NCBI GenBank assembly: GCA_964625825.1
Contig: CAZVFJ010000007.1
Coordinates: forward strand, 1 to 35,418
Length of the DNA stretch: 35,418 nt
Source: an uncultured Leptospirales bacterium
GTDB lineage: Bacteria > Spirochaetota > UBA4802 > UBA5550
Direction of reading: 5' to 3'
In this document: one piece after another, positions 16,882 to 26,374 of the stretch
Layout: each line of letters starts with the position of its first letter
Position numbering within the stretch: position 1 is the first letter of the stretch
Position numbers and translations under genes: made by a program
The notes under the pieces: model-generated
Databases searched by the model: none
What the model saw: only the letters and a program-made list of their open reading frames with translations
What the model was told of the DNA's origin: nothing

Positions 16882-18510
16882 TTACCCTGTTCTGGGTAGG
16901 ATAGGCCTGGATGGAGTTGTAGGCCTTCCGGGATGATTACTTTTTGAATTTTTATCATGAGCGCAATAAAGCAGGTAATGTTCAGAACCGAGCATTTCCC
17001 GGAATGTATCGCCTCCTCTGACCCAGGATTTCCACTGCTTCCATTTTTTTACCTCAGACTGCCCGGGAGTGATTGATTCATCCCGGGAATCTGATAAAAT
17101 TTTGTAGTTCCACCTGATTGAATGTATTTCATTTCCTGATAAATTCGCAAGGATCTCGCGGCCCGATAATTCAATGTCAAGAGATGCCCTGCTCTTAAAA
17201 AAAGGAGTCCCTTCGAAAAGCTGAAATGAACTTGACGTGAAGGCGTCTACAAAGGGGCTGACCCTGTCTGCAAAGTCGAGTGTTTCCTGAAACTTTTCGC
17301 TGTCTGTTCCCGGGAGTCCAAAAATCATCATGGCCAGGTTTGAAATCCCCGCGTCTGCTGATCTGGCAAGTACTTCTTCTATCACTGCGGGGACAGTTCC
17401 CTTATTACATATATTAAGAAGGGTGGCAGAGCCGCTCTCCACGCCCCAGCTTATCCATCTGCATCCGGCTTTGAAGGCGTTTTCAAGCACTTCAGTCGTG
17501 TAATCACCGGTTGGCCTCCCCATTACTTGAAAGCTGATTTTGAGGTCTCTGGCAGATATCTCTCTGGATATATTCAGCAGATCGTCAGCATCAATATATT
17601 GATCGGCAAAATAGAAATTAGAGACACCGTATTTATCTTTATAGTGCGCGAGCTTATCAGCAAAAGCGGAATAAGCTGACGTGCGATAACCTGCAAAGGA
17701 GAAGTTATGGGAGCAGAAGCGGCAGCCCCTCCACCTGCATCCTCTTGAAAAAACAACAGGTAAAACGGGTTCAGGATTAAAATAATCATTAAAATTGCAG
17801 AATGAAAAATCAGGCACAGGCAGCTCTGACATGGGGATTGCCGCCGGAGAACTATTATGGATATTTACACCTTCACTTCTGTATGACAGTCCTCTTATTG
17901 ATTCCAGGGGAGTCCCTGAAATCAAAAGGGAGATTCCATACTCACCCTCGCCTCTATAGAATGCGTCGATAAAAGGCGCTGCGTTCATCAGCTCATTTAT
18001 ATCAACGGATGCTAATGCGGCTCCTCCCGCTATAATAGTAAGTCCGGGTAATTCTTTTTTAAGAAGGGAACCGATTGTGAGCATATGAACAACCTGGTCA
18101 GGGTACATTACTGAAAGGGCGAGGGTCTCATCTCCAAGGAGATTCAGTTCTCGTGTAATGAATTCTTTATAAAAGGCCGTTTTGGGGGTGATTTCACCTG
18201 TATTGAGAAATTTTTTCAGTTCAGACTCAATTCCATGGAATTCTGAATAAAATTGTGAGAGTTCAGCAAGGTAGGCCGTATAGGTCTCTTTTGAATAAAA
18301 ATCTCCAAGCAGTCCTCTGAAAAAAACCGGAGCAAGGCTGACTGGTGACGCTGATTCGAAGATATAGTTCCAGAGGCGTATATTAAGATCTAAGGCTGAT
18401 ATCCGGTATCCTGGCATACTTTCATTTAGATAGGCGTATAATGATGCGATACCCAGCGGCATGTAAGTGGGGTGGGCTCCCGGAACAAACAGCAGTAGAG
18501 TTTCTTTCAT
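16882..18510 (-). CDS. Radical SAM protein with an N-terminal B12-binding-like (Rossmann) domain and CX4CX2C cluster spacing
   Basis: 542 aa. The N-terminal ~200 aa look like a COG1032-type cobalamin-binding region. The radical-SAM motif is FSRGC-RWRG-C-RF-C-SH (nt 17713-17739, minus strand). A GVESG barrel motif is present. Confidence 0.8.
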   Translation of the reverse strand: MKETLLLFVPGAHPTYMPLGIASLYAYLNESMPGYRISALDLNIRLWNYIFESASPVSLAPVFFRGLLGDFYSKETYTAYLAELSQFYSEFHGIESELKKFLNTGEITPKTAFYKEFITRELNLLGDETLALSVMYPDQVVHMLTIGSLLKKELPGLTIIAGGAALASVDINELMNAAPFIDAFYRGEGEYGISLLISGTPLESIRGLSYRSEGVNIHNSSPAAIPMSELPVPDFSFCNFNDYFNPEPVLPVVFSRGCRWRGCRFCSHNFSFAGYRTSAYSAFADKLAHYKDKYGVSNFYFADQYIDADDLLNISREISARDLKISFQVMGRPTGDYTTEVLENAFKAGCRWISWGVESGSATLLNICNKGTVPAVIEEVLARSADAGISNLAMMIFGLPGTDSEKFQETLDFADRVSPFVDAFTSSSFQLFEGTPFFKSRASLDIELSGREILANLSGNEIHSIRWNYKILSDSRDESITPGQSEVKKWKQWKSWVRGGDTFREMLGSEHYLLYCAHDKNSKSNHPGRPTTPSRPILPRTG

Positions 18511-18667
18511 ACCTGAAAATGCCTAAATGTAAATTCTGATCCTATTCTGGGGATGATATACATTCCTTCAGGTTCAGGGCGTCAAGTAATTTCAGGGGTG
18601 AAGGTAATTACAGATTGTTTTTTATAAAAAACTGTAGATTTTGATCCTGTAATGTTCCGGTATTTTC

Positions 18668-18694
18668 TTGACATTTAATAACTGTACTCATAAT
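18668..18694 (+). promoter_or_regulatory. Possible sigma70-type promoter for the MBL-fold gene
   Basis: TTGACA (18668-18673), a 15-nt spacer, then CATAAT (18689-18694). The GGAGG SD and ATG 18715 follow downstream. Confidence 0.3.
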
Positions 18695-18714
18695 TTTTTA
18701 TACGGAGGCACGGT

Positions 18715-19524
18715 ATGAAATATGATAAAAGAATATTAAAACTTCAGGATAATATCTGCGGCGTGCGCGGCATCTGGCTGAATAAGCTTTCTTTTTTTAA
18801 TACATATTCATATATACTCTGTTCTCCTCAAAACGGCGAAATATTATTAATTGATACATGCGGCCCCGGGAGCGCCGGAATGATCAGAAATGCCGTTGAG
18901 TCTATGGGGCGCACTATGTCTGATGTTACAGGCATTGCTTTAACGCACTGGCACAAAGATCATACAGGGAGCCTTGCGGATGTTGTTTCAATGGCGGCAG
19001 TTAACGGGAGGACTGTTAAAATATTTATACATAAAGATGATGCAGGATTTTTGCTGTCGCAGAAAACAAAACTTCTCACAGCTCATCCGAAGCTGAAATT
19101 TAAAGTGCCTCATGGTCCCGGAAAACTTCCTGAAGAGGGGAGTTTTGAACTTGTAGAGCTTGGCCATGAAAATGGAATAAATCCTCTCGATGATTACGGC
19201 GTTGACTTTATCCATACTCCCGGTCATACTCCCGGAAATACATCCTATTTATACAGGGCAAGTATGTCTCTTTTCTCCGGCTGCGGACTTTCTCTCTTCG
19301 GGAAAAATACTGTAGGTATTGTACCGGTTTATTATGACAGGGAGAAACAGCTCGCCTCGGCGCGTAAGCTGTTGGAGATGGAGTTCAGCTATCTTTACCC
19401 GGCTCATATGAATATAAAGAATGATGAAATTAAAAAAGAGGCACGGGTGCCGTTTAATGGAAAGATGAAGTTACTTGACCGTATAACCGGTACACAACCG
19501 GTATTCTGGTATCCGAGAATTTAA
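18715..19524 (+). CDS. MBL-fold metallo-hydrolase
   Basis: 269 aa. Metal-binding motif H-W-H-K-D-H (HxHxDH) is present. Downstream TPGHTPG supplies a further His ligand. Confidence 0.85.
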   Translation: MKYDKRILKLQDNICGVRGIWLNKLSFFNTYSYILCSPQNGEILLIDTCGPGSAGMIRNAVESMGRTMSDVTGIALTHWHKDHTGSLADVVSMAAVNGRTVKIFIHKDDAGFLLSQKTKLLTAHPKLKFKVPHGPGKLPEEGSFELVELGHENGINPLDDYGVDFIHTPGHTPGNTSYLYRASMSLFSGCGLSLFGKNTVGIVPVYYDREKQLASARKLLEMEFSYLYPAHMNIKNDEIKKEARVPFNGKMKLLDRITGTQPVFWYPRI

Positions 19525-19530
19525 CGAATA

Positions 19531-20103
19531 TCATAAAATATGCTCTGCAAGTATTTTTATTCCTATAAAAAGGAGAATAATTCCACCGACGATTTCAACT
19601 TTCTTCCCGAAAAATTTCTGAAGCCTGGAACCCAGGTGTACACCTGTAAAGCTGAATGCAAATGTTATTAAACCGATAATCATAGATGGATAGAATATTT
19701 CAATTCCGAGCAGGGAGAGAGATAGCCCTACAGCGAGAGCGTCAATACTTGTTGCTATTGAAAGAATAAAAAGCTTTTTGTAATCCATAATAAAGATTTC
19801 TTCGCGGCAGGAGTTTTCATCACCATGGAGGCTGCTGAACCCTTCGATAATCATTTTAACTCCCACATAAGAAAGGAGAAGGAAAGCAATCCAGTGGTCG
19901 CATTTTTTAATGTATTCAACAAAGAGAGTACCTCCGTACCATCCGATAACAGGCATAAAAGCCTGAAAACCGCCAAAGAAGATGGCTATTGTTGATGTGT
20001 GACGCAGCGGTACCTTCGAAGCAGAGCATCCGTAAGAGATAGAGACAGCAAAGGCATCCATGGAAAGACCCACGGCAATGCCGAGAATTACTATGGTTGA
20101 CAT
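19531..20103 (-). CDS. mntP: Manganese efflux pump MntP
   Basis: 190 aa with six TM segments in two DUF204-type half repeats (SMDAFAVS... and SIDALAVG...). Confidence 0.8.
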   Translation of the reverse strand: MSTIVILGIAVGLSMDAFAVSISYGCSASKVPLRHTSTIAIFFGGFQAFMPVIGWYGGTLFVEYIKKCDHWIAFLLLSYVGVKMIIEGFSSLHGDENSCREEIFIMDYKKLFILSIATSIDALAVGLSLSLLGIEIFYPSMIIGLITFAFSFTGVHLGSRLQKFFGKKVEIVGGIILLFIGIKILAEHIL

Positions 20104-20119
20104 TTCAACTCCTAAAAAG

Positions 20120-21493
20120 CTATTTAAGATAAACCAGTTCCTTATCAGGTATTATTGTCCCTTCAGGGATGTCATTTTCTGATAAGGCGAAAAGGGGGGA
20201 TATTTCAATAGCCTTGACGCGTTCAGGGATTTTAATACCTCTTGCCGTGAGCCATTTACGGTGGAGTGAATTCATTAGGCCCTGTGCTGTCTGAAGTGAA
20301 TCAGCTCCGGATGCGTTTTTCACCGGCGCGAACTCCTCCTCCCTTCCGGTTTCCAGAATTATATTTTTTTCAGCTATAGGAATTGCGTCAAATACAAATT
20401 TTTCAAATTTGAGGCCTGTAATTTCACTCTGCGATCCGTTACTGAAAGCGTTTATCTTTTTTTTCGCCACGTGGAACGGGAGGTTCGCTGAGCCGTCACC
20501 TGTAACGGAAGAGATAAAGTTTATGCTGAACAGGTGAATCGCGGGATTAGCCGCGGAGTAAAGTATTCCGCCATTTTCATCTTTTGCGAAAAGTTTATCC
20601 TCGGGCATGTCAGAGTACTCAACTATGCCGAGTTTTCCGCCGGCGAATTGCACAAAGACCCCTGTCTTTTCCTCGTGGTATGCTTTCATCAATGCCTTGC
20701 TTGAAATATCAGCCTTTTCCTGTATGTGGAATCCGATAAAAAGAGGATCGATTATTTTCACCAGCGGATTGTCCACCTGGAAGTATGAGATGGTATCAAT
20801 TCCCCGCTCTGCCAGCATCTGGAGCGCGCCCGATGTACGAAGTGCAGTGAGACTCCCCCCGTGACCATCAGGATTCATGAAAAGGCTGCTTTTGTCAGAG
20901 AGTATAAGCCTCCCTTCGAGATCGAGTGAGGGAATCATATTTTGCGGAAATATATGCACAAGCTCCTGTGAGAGACCGAAAAAATCTTCCTCCCTGAAAA
21001 ATTTTTCAGTCTCGTCATGGTTGTCCCTTGAGGTCATAATCAGAAAGGGGATCTTTACCCCGTATTTTTTTTCTGATGCGCGGATTTTTTCGGAGTGCAG
21101 ATGAAAGAGCGTTTTGCCTGAAACAGGCCCTACAGGGAACTTTCCTTTTGGCCCATTAAATCCGAGCCTTGAGCCCTGGCCTCCAGCTACAAGGAAGGCC
21201 GCGACTCTACCCTTTTTTATATGGGCCTCTCCGGCAGCTTTTGCGCTGTTAAATTTTTCATCAGAGTCTCCGTCCGGGAGTTTGATGTATGGAGCAGGAG
21301 AAAAATCCTGCGGAGTGACGGTTTCTTTCTGGTTAAAAATTTTCTGAAGGAGTTCAAAATCTATACCTGAAAGTTCGTCAAGGAGAGCCATCTTTTCGCT
21401 TTCAATAAGTGAATCCCAGTATTTAAAAACATGTTCCTGTTTATATGTATAAACTCTTTTAATTACATCGTCATATCCGTTGAATGAAATCAT
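20120..21493 (-). CDS. UDP-sugar pyrophosphorylase (UDPGP family; UDP-N-acetylhexosamine pyrophosphorylase-like)
   Basis: Signature LVAGGQGSRLGFNGPKG and NPDGHGG. I moved the start to ATG 21493 (MISFNGY..., AAGGTG upstream). The first 40 codons of the track ORF would leave only a 3-nt gap to the divergent argB start. Confidence 0.8.
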   Translation of the reverse strand: MISFNGYDDVIKRVYTYKQEHVFKYWDSLIESEKMALLDELSGIDFELLQKIFNQKETVTPQDFSPAPYIKLPDGDSDEKFNSAKAAGEAHIKKGRVAAFLVAGGQGSRLGFNGPKGKFPVGPVSGKTLFHLHSEKIRASEKKYGVKIPFLIMTSRDNHDETEKFFREEDFFGLSQELVHIFPQNMIPSLDLEGRLILSDKSSLFMNPDGHGGSLTALRTSGALQMLAERGIDTISYFQVDNPLVKIIDPLFIGFHIQEKADISSKALMKAYHEEKTGVFVQFAGGKLGIVEYSDMPEDKLFAKDENGGILYSAANPAIHLFSINFISSVTGDGSANLPFHVAKKKINAFSNGSQSEITGLKFEKFVFDAIPIAEKNIILETGREEEFAPVKNASGADSLQTAQGLMNSLHRKWLTARGIKIPERVKAIEISPLFALSENDIPEGTIIPDKELVYLK

Positions 21494-21571
21494 ATCCCGC
21501 ACCTTTTTAAGAAAAAACTTCTGAGCAATATTAACAAAATAATAATAAAATAGTTGTCCTGTAAAGGGTAA

Positions 21572-22477
<906 letters not shown>

Positions 22478-22522
22478 AGTATAAATCTTTTAAAGTAGAA
22501 AGGGAGACGCGGGTGCCGCAGA

Positions 22523-23665
22523 TTATAATGTGATACTACCCTGTAAAAATGCTATAAAGAAATCGGATGTAATCTTGAAATTTTTATATTGAGATTCAAG
22601 CCGGGAAATTTTTTCGAGCATTTCAGGGATAAGCTCAAGTCCCAGTTTGAATATTACCGGGTCATAATATCTTTCGCATTCGTAGAAAATTTTTATAATT
22701 TCATCAATATCCGTAATTGCTTTTTTATAAGCTCTCTCATTACGAAGTGCGGAGAACATATCCGCAAAAGCAACAATTCTTGCGGAGAGAGGAATTTCGT
22801 TCCCTTCTAATCCGTCCGGATAACCTGAGCCATCCCATTTCTCATGATGAAATTTTGCAACCAGGCGGCACATATGCAGCATTTCGTTGTCGCCGATGAG
22901 TTCGGAACCGAAGACAGTGTGTTTTTTTACTTTTTCGAATTCATCGATTCTGAGCTTTCTTGGTAGTTTTATAAGTGGATGAATTTCATGATGAATTTTA
23001 CCGAAATCGTGCAGGAGAGCTGAAATTTCCAGAATTTTTATATATAGGGGTGTTATTTTTGAGTATTCCAGAATTCCTTTATTGGGAATATCGGTGTTGT
23101 GCATAATTTTTTGAGCGATAAGTTTTGAAAATTCTCTAACCTCCATGAGGTGTTTTACTGTTTCTTCATGCCCATATGCAAGGAGATAAGTCATTCGGTC
23201 TCTCGCGAATGCATCAATAAAGCCTTCTAGAAATTTTTGTGAGTAGGAAAGTTCTGCACGGTAGTTAAATATTTCGGAGATATCGTTTATTGAAGTAATA
23301 ATATATTTATCTTCAGAAAATTCGTCATTGACAACCGATATTTTTAGAAGCAATGAGTATAAAGTATTGTTAGCATCAGTAAAAGAGACAAATACATCAT
23401 CGAGGTTTTTCTTTTTTTTAAGGGCGTAAGTGTAGATTGATTTGAGTTCATTAATATTAATTATTTGCTCAAATAGGCCTGAAAATGAAATGGCCTGATT
23501 AATAAAATCAGTGGTTGAGTTAAATATTTTTTTAATAAGTAGCGACCCAGCTTTATTTATATGAATTATTTCAGAAGGGTTGAAAAAACTGCTTATTATA
23601 ACCGGTATCTGGATCAATTCAGAAAAATTCAGCAGCTGTTTACGGCTTATATTATTTTTTTTCAT
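22523..23665 (-). CDS. HD-GYP domain c-di-GMP phosphodiesterase with an uncharacterised N-terminal sensor region
   Basis: 380 aa. HDFGK and HHEKWDGSGYPDGL are the canonical HD and GYP motifs. Confidence 0.9.
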   Translation of the reverse strand: MKKNNISRKQLLNFSELIQIPVIISSFFNPSEIIHINKAGSLLIKKIFNSTTDFINQAISFSGLFEQIININELKSIYTYALKKKKNLDDVFVSFTDANNTLYSLLLKISVVNDEFSEDKYIITSINDISEIFNYRAELSYSQKFLEGFIDAFARDRMTYLLAYGHEETVKHLMEVREFSKLIAQKIMHNTDIPNKGILEYSKITPLYIKILEISALLHDFGKIHHEIHPLIKLPRKLRIDEFEKVKKHTVFGSELIGDNEMLHMCRLVAKFHHEKWDGSGYPDGLEGNEIPLSARIVAFADMFSALRNERAYKKAITDIDEIIKIFYECERYYDPVIFKLGLELIPEMLEKISRLESQYKNFKITSDFFIAFLQGSITL

Positions 23666-23816
23666 ATAGTTTGGTTAATTCAGCTTGCTAAAGTAATAAT
23701 AAAAAAATATAAAATTAAGAGTATGGCAATCTCTTTAAAAAATCTACAGAGTTTCCTGTAATCAGAAACCTGAGTTTTTGAGACAACTTTTATATTATAA
23801 CATAGAGTTAGGTAGT

Positions 23817-24380
23817 ATGAGTAAAGAGTCAAGAAAAAAAGTTCGGATTTCCGAACTAAATTTTAAAAATATCGGAGACAGGATAACATTTATAAGAATG
23901 ATGCATGGGAAAACTATTGAAGAGTTTTCTGCAATGCTGGGGATATCGAAGGGTAATCTTAGCGATCTTGAAAACAATAAAAATAAACCGTCATATGATG
24001 TTATAGCCCGTATAACGGAAAGTTTTAGTATAAATAGCCAATGGGTAGTCTCAGGAACAGGAAAATTATTTAAAAGGTTGGATTTTATTGAATCTGAACC
24101 GGCAGATTCTACCCAGGATAAGTCTGATTTGAATTGCAATTTTGAGCAGAGAGATCTTGCTGAAAGAATTTTAAATGAGGCTGCCGCCCTGGAAAAAATT
24201 TCGCCAACTGCTCTGCTCGAAGTCGCTGATTATATCAGCGGAAAATTGAAAGTCCTCATGGAGTATGGAGAACGGAGGTTTTCCCAGAGAAGGGAAAATA
24301 ATGATACGGGTGAAACTTCGAATGGGGAAAATAGAAGAAGCGGCAAAGAAAGGCGTAGGCACGATTTATACCGTGTATAA
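23817..24380 (+). CDS. XRE (Cro/CI-type HTH) transcriptional regulator with an Arg-rich C-terminal tail
   Basis: I placed the start at ATG 23817 (AGGTAG upstream); the track ORF starts at TTG 23778. The HTH reads GKTIEEFSAMLGISKGNLSDLENNKNKPS. The tail reads GERRFSQRRENNDTGETSNGENRRSGKERRRHDLYRV. Confidence 0.8.
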   Translation: MSKESRKKVRISELNFKNIGDRITFIRMMHGKTIEEFSAMLGISKGNLSDLENNKNKPSYDVIARITESFSINSQWVVSGTGKLFKRLDFIESEPADSTQDKSDLNCNFEQRDLAERILNEAAALEKISPTALLEVADYISGKLKVLMEYGERRFSQRRENNDTGETSNGENRRSGKERRRHDLYRV

Positions 24381-24404
24381 AACTATTTTTTGAAATTTTT
24401 TTAT

Positions 24405-24432
24405 TTGACATTAAATCGAATATAAATAGATT
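24405..24432 (+). promoter_or_regulatory. Possible promoter of the tRNA cluster
   Basis: TTGACA (24405-24410), a 16-nt spacer, then TAGATT (24427-24432), 8 nt before the first tRNA. Confidence 0.35.
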
Positions 24433-24439
24433 TGCTCCC

Positions 24440-24523
24440 GGAGAGTTGTCCGAGTGGTCGATGGAGGCGGTCTTGAAAACCGTTGGGTTAACAGCCCCAG
24501 GGGTTCGAATCCCTTACTCTCCG
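24440..24523 (+). tRNA. tRNA-Ser (anticodon UGA)
   Basis: I folded the cloverleaf by hand. Acceptor is GGAGAGT/ACTCTCC. The anticodon loop is CT-TGA-AA (24474-24476). It has a long variable arm and a GGTTCGAATCC T-loop. CCA is not encoded. Confidence 0.9.
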
Positions 24524-24552
24524 AATGTTTTACCCGAGAATCACCGTAAAAA

Positions 24553-24638
24553 GGAGAGGTGCCCGAGTGGCCGAAGGGGGTTGCCTGCTAAGCAATTGTA
24601 TCGTTTAGGTACCGGGGGTTCGAATCCCCCCTTCTCCG
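24553..24638 (+). tRNA. tRNA-Ser (anticodon GCU)
   Basis: Acceptor is GGAGAGG/CTTCTCC with one G-U pair. The anticodon loop is CT-GCT-AA (24587-24589). It has a long variable arm and T-arm GGGGGTTCGAATCCCCC. Confidence 0.9.
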
Positions 24639-24654
24639 AATTGAGTTATCATAT

Positions 24655-25095
24655 ATGACCCTTAACCTGAAAAATATCAAAAAAATCCGGCTTAAAGACT
24701 TCAACAGGGGAAATCTTGTAAAATATTATAATATTATCTATAATGATTACATTAAACCCTTTGATCCGATTAATCTTTCATATTTTCCTTTTGTAGGCTG
24801 GTTTATTCCTATGTCCCTCAATAAGGATGAATTCCAGAAATATCATGCTAAGCAGGCTTTTGTTCTTGCGGTATATTTTGCCTTTGCATGTATATTCCTT
24901 TATTTTTTTAAATATTTTATCCCTGAAGACGCGGATATCATTCAATTATTTATTATAATGCTTATATATCTTCATTATGTAATATATTTTACTCTATGTT
25001 TTCTTGGAACAAAAATGATTAAGAAAGGTGAAAAAGGGGAATTCCCGTACATAAATCAATATATAACAATGTTTACTGCAAAAATAGATATATAA
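24655..25095 (+). CDS. Small membrane protein (DUF4870-like, recalled) embedded in the tRNA cluster
   Basis: 146 aa with 3 predicted TM segments. The segment FVGWFIPMSLNKDEFQKYHAKQAFVLAV matches my recollection of the DUF4870 HAKQ motif. It starts 16 nt after tRNA-Ser(GCU), and its stop lies 2 nt before tRNA-Arg. I see no obvious SD. Confidence 0.6.
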   Translation: MTLNLKNIKKIRLKDFNRGNLVKYYNIIYNDYIKPFDPINLSYFPFVGWFIPMSLNKDEFQKYHAKQAFVLAVYFAFACIFLYFFKYFIPEDADIIQLFIIMLIYLHYVIYFTLCFLGTKMIKKGEKGEFPYINQYITMFTAKIDI

Positions 25096-25097
25096 AT

Positions 25098-25171
25098 GCG
25101 TCTGTGGCTCAGCTGGATAGAGTAGCGGACTACGAATCCGTTGGTCGGGGGTTCGAATCCCTCCGGACGCG
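25098..25171 (+). tRNA. tRNA-Arg (anticodon ACG)
   Basis: Acceptor is GCGTCTG/CGGACGC. D-loop is AGCTGGATA. The anticodon loop is CT-ACG-AA (25132-25134). T-arm is GGGGGTTCGAATCCCTC. Confidence 0.9.
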
Positions 25172-25174
25172 CAT

Positions 25175-25206
25175 AAAAAAGCTCCTGAAGATTCAGGAGC
25201 TTTTTT
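25175..25206 (+). terminator. Rho-independent terminator after tRNA-Arg
   Basis: AAAAAAGCTCCTGAAgaTTCAGGAGCTTTTTT: a perfect GC-containing stem plus a T6 run. Confidence 0.85.
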
Positions 25207-25394
25207 ATGTTTGGGCCCCAGGTTTCATATTATAGTGCCTAAAATTTAAAAAAAATCTAAAAAATGAATTTTTCTTTGTGATTATGTCGTGTTGACGTTG
25301 TTTTTTCATTTTTTAATTGGTATTTATTATTAGAGTATTATGTAGTATAAAAGCTCTAATAAGAGATATATTGAATAAAAAGAGAAAATTGATC

Positions 25395-25733
25395 ATGGGA
25401 CTGGAATACAAAACCAAAGGTAATAATCTTGTTGTTTATCTGAAAGAATCTCTTGATATAACGAATTCTGCTTTAATTGAAAGAAATATTTCCCAGCTGA
25501 TTAATCAATTCAGCGAACATGATGTTATTTTGAATATGGATTCTGTAAAGTATATGAATAGTGCAGGGCTTGGAGTCCTGATAATCCTCACAAAAAAAAT
25601 GGAGGATAGAAATAGGACGCTCAAGTTATCAAACCTCAATTATACTATCAGAAAAGTAATAAACATACTTGACGCTGAGTCGCTTGTCAATATTTATGAA
25701 GACGAGAAAGATGCTGTTATGGCATTAAATTAG
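25395..25733 (+). CDS. STAS-domain protein (anti-sigma-factor antagonist, SpoIIAA-like)
   Basis: ATG 25395 is the first ATG in the frame. The sequence DSVKYMNSAGLGVLIIL has a Ser at the usual phosphorylation position. 112 aa. Confidence 0.8.
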   Translation: MGLEYKTKGNNLVVYLKESLDITNSALIERNISQLINQFSEHDVILNMDSVKYMNSAGLGVLIILTKKMEDRNRTLKLSNLNYTIRKVINILDAESLVNIYEDEKDAVMALN

Positions 25734-25735
25734 TA

Positions 25736-25990
25736 ATGTTAAAAAAAATTATCTTTTTTATACCTTTAATTTTTCTATTGAACTGCTCTGGACGTGATAT
25801 TCAGTATACTCAATGTGAGGAGAAGTGTGAATATACACGTCTTGATTGTATAGAGGATTGCGGTGGCTATGATAAAGCCGGTTTCTCATTTTCATTTGGC
25901 AAAAATGTCCCCTTTGAACCCTTCTCCTGTACCGAAAGATGTGACCAAAAAGCAGAGGTATGCCGGAGCAGGTGTATTCAAGAAAAATAA
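25736..25990 (+). CDS. Small cysteine-rich lipoprotein with two twin-CX3C units
   Basis: Signal peptide and lipobox read FLLNC. The mature part has C27-x3-C31-x6-C38-x3-C42 and C65-x3-C69-x6-C76-x3-C80. It starts 2 nt after the STAS stop. Confidence 0.6.
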   Translation: MLKKIIFFIPLIFLLNCSGRDIQYTQCEEKCEYTRLDCIEDCGGYDKAGFSFSFGKNVPFEPFSCTERCDQKAEVCRSRCIQEK

Positions 25991-25996
25991 ATTAGT

Positions 25997-26374
25997 ATGA
26001 CTATCTATAATTTGCTAGACTGGTTTTTTATTTTTTTTCATTCAGCATGGACTCTTTTCAATATGACCGGATGGGCCTGGAGAATGACAAGGAGGGTACA
26101 TCTTCTTACTTCAGGGCTTACGGCTTTTTCATGGTTTATATGCGGTTACTTTTACGGATGGGGATATTGCCCTTGTACTGAATGGCACTGGCGAGTGCGG
26201 GAAATTCTCGGTAAGGATAACAGTTCTTATTCATTTATCCATTATGCGATTAGAAGTATTACAGGCCTGAATCCTGATCCGGTTTCTGTTGACATACTCG
26301 TTCTTTCTGTTTTTCTTATTGTGACCGGATTAAGCATATTTTTGAATATAAGGGATTTAAAAACTGATAGATGA
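25997..26374 (+). CDS. Membrane protein (DUF2784-like, recalled)
   Basis: 125 aa with 3-4 TM segments and a GYCPCTEWHWRVRE motif, compared with the C-P-L-T-x-x-E pattern I associate with DUF2784. Its stop overlaps the next start (ATGA at 26371-26374). Confidence 0.6.
   Translation: MTIYNLLDWFFIFFHSAWTLFNMTGWAWRMTRRVHLLTSGLTAFSWFICGYFYGWGYCPCTEWHWRVREILGKDNSSYSFIHYAIRSITGLNPDPVSVDILVLSVFLIVTGLSIFLNIRDLKTDR

Noticed and set aside
18608-18691. 27-codon minus-strand ORF (MSTVIKCQENTGTLQDQNLQFFIKNNL) upstream of the 542-aa B12 radical SAM gene, considered as a possible RiPP precursor
   Set aside because: It has no SD and overlaps the predicted promoter of the divergent MBL gene. Its composition is what AT-rich non-coding DNA produces. 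This cannot be supported without comparative data.
20104-20119. Possible yybP-ykoY manganese riboswitch upstream of mntP
   Set aside because: Only 16 nt separate mntP from the upstream pyrophosphorylase gene, so there is no room for the aptamer. mntP is probably co-transcribed instead.
24446-24658. 70-aa plus-strand ORF in the six-frame track
   Set aside because: It lies entirely across the two tRNA-Ser genes and their spacer. Its open frame is a by-product of the tRNA sequences and not a coding region.
24381-25394. tRNA cluster as an integration site for a genomic island
   Set aside because: I found no integrase, no recombinase and no direct repeat of a tRNA 3' end elsewhere in the window. 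The flanking genes look like ordinary chromosomal genes.
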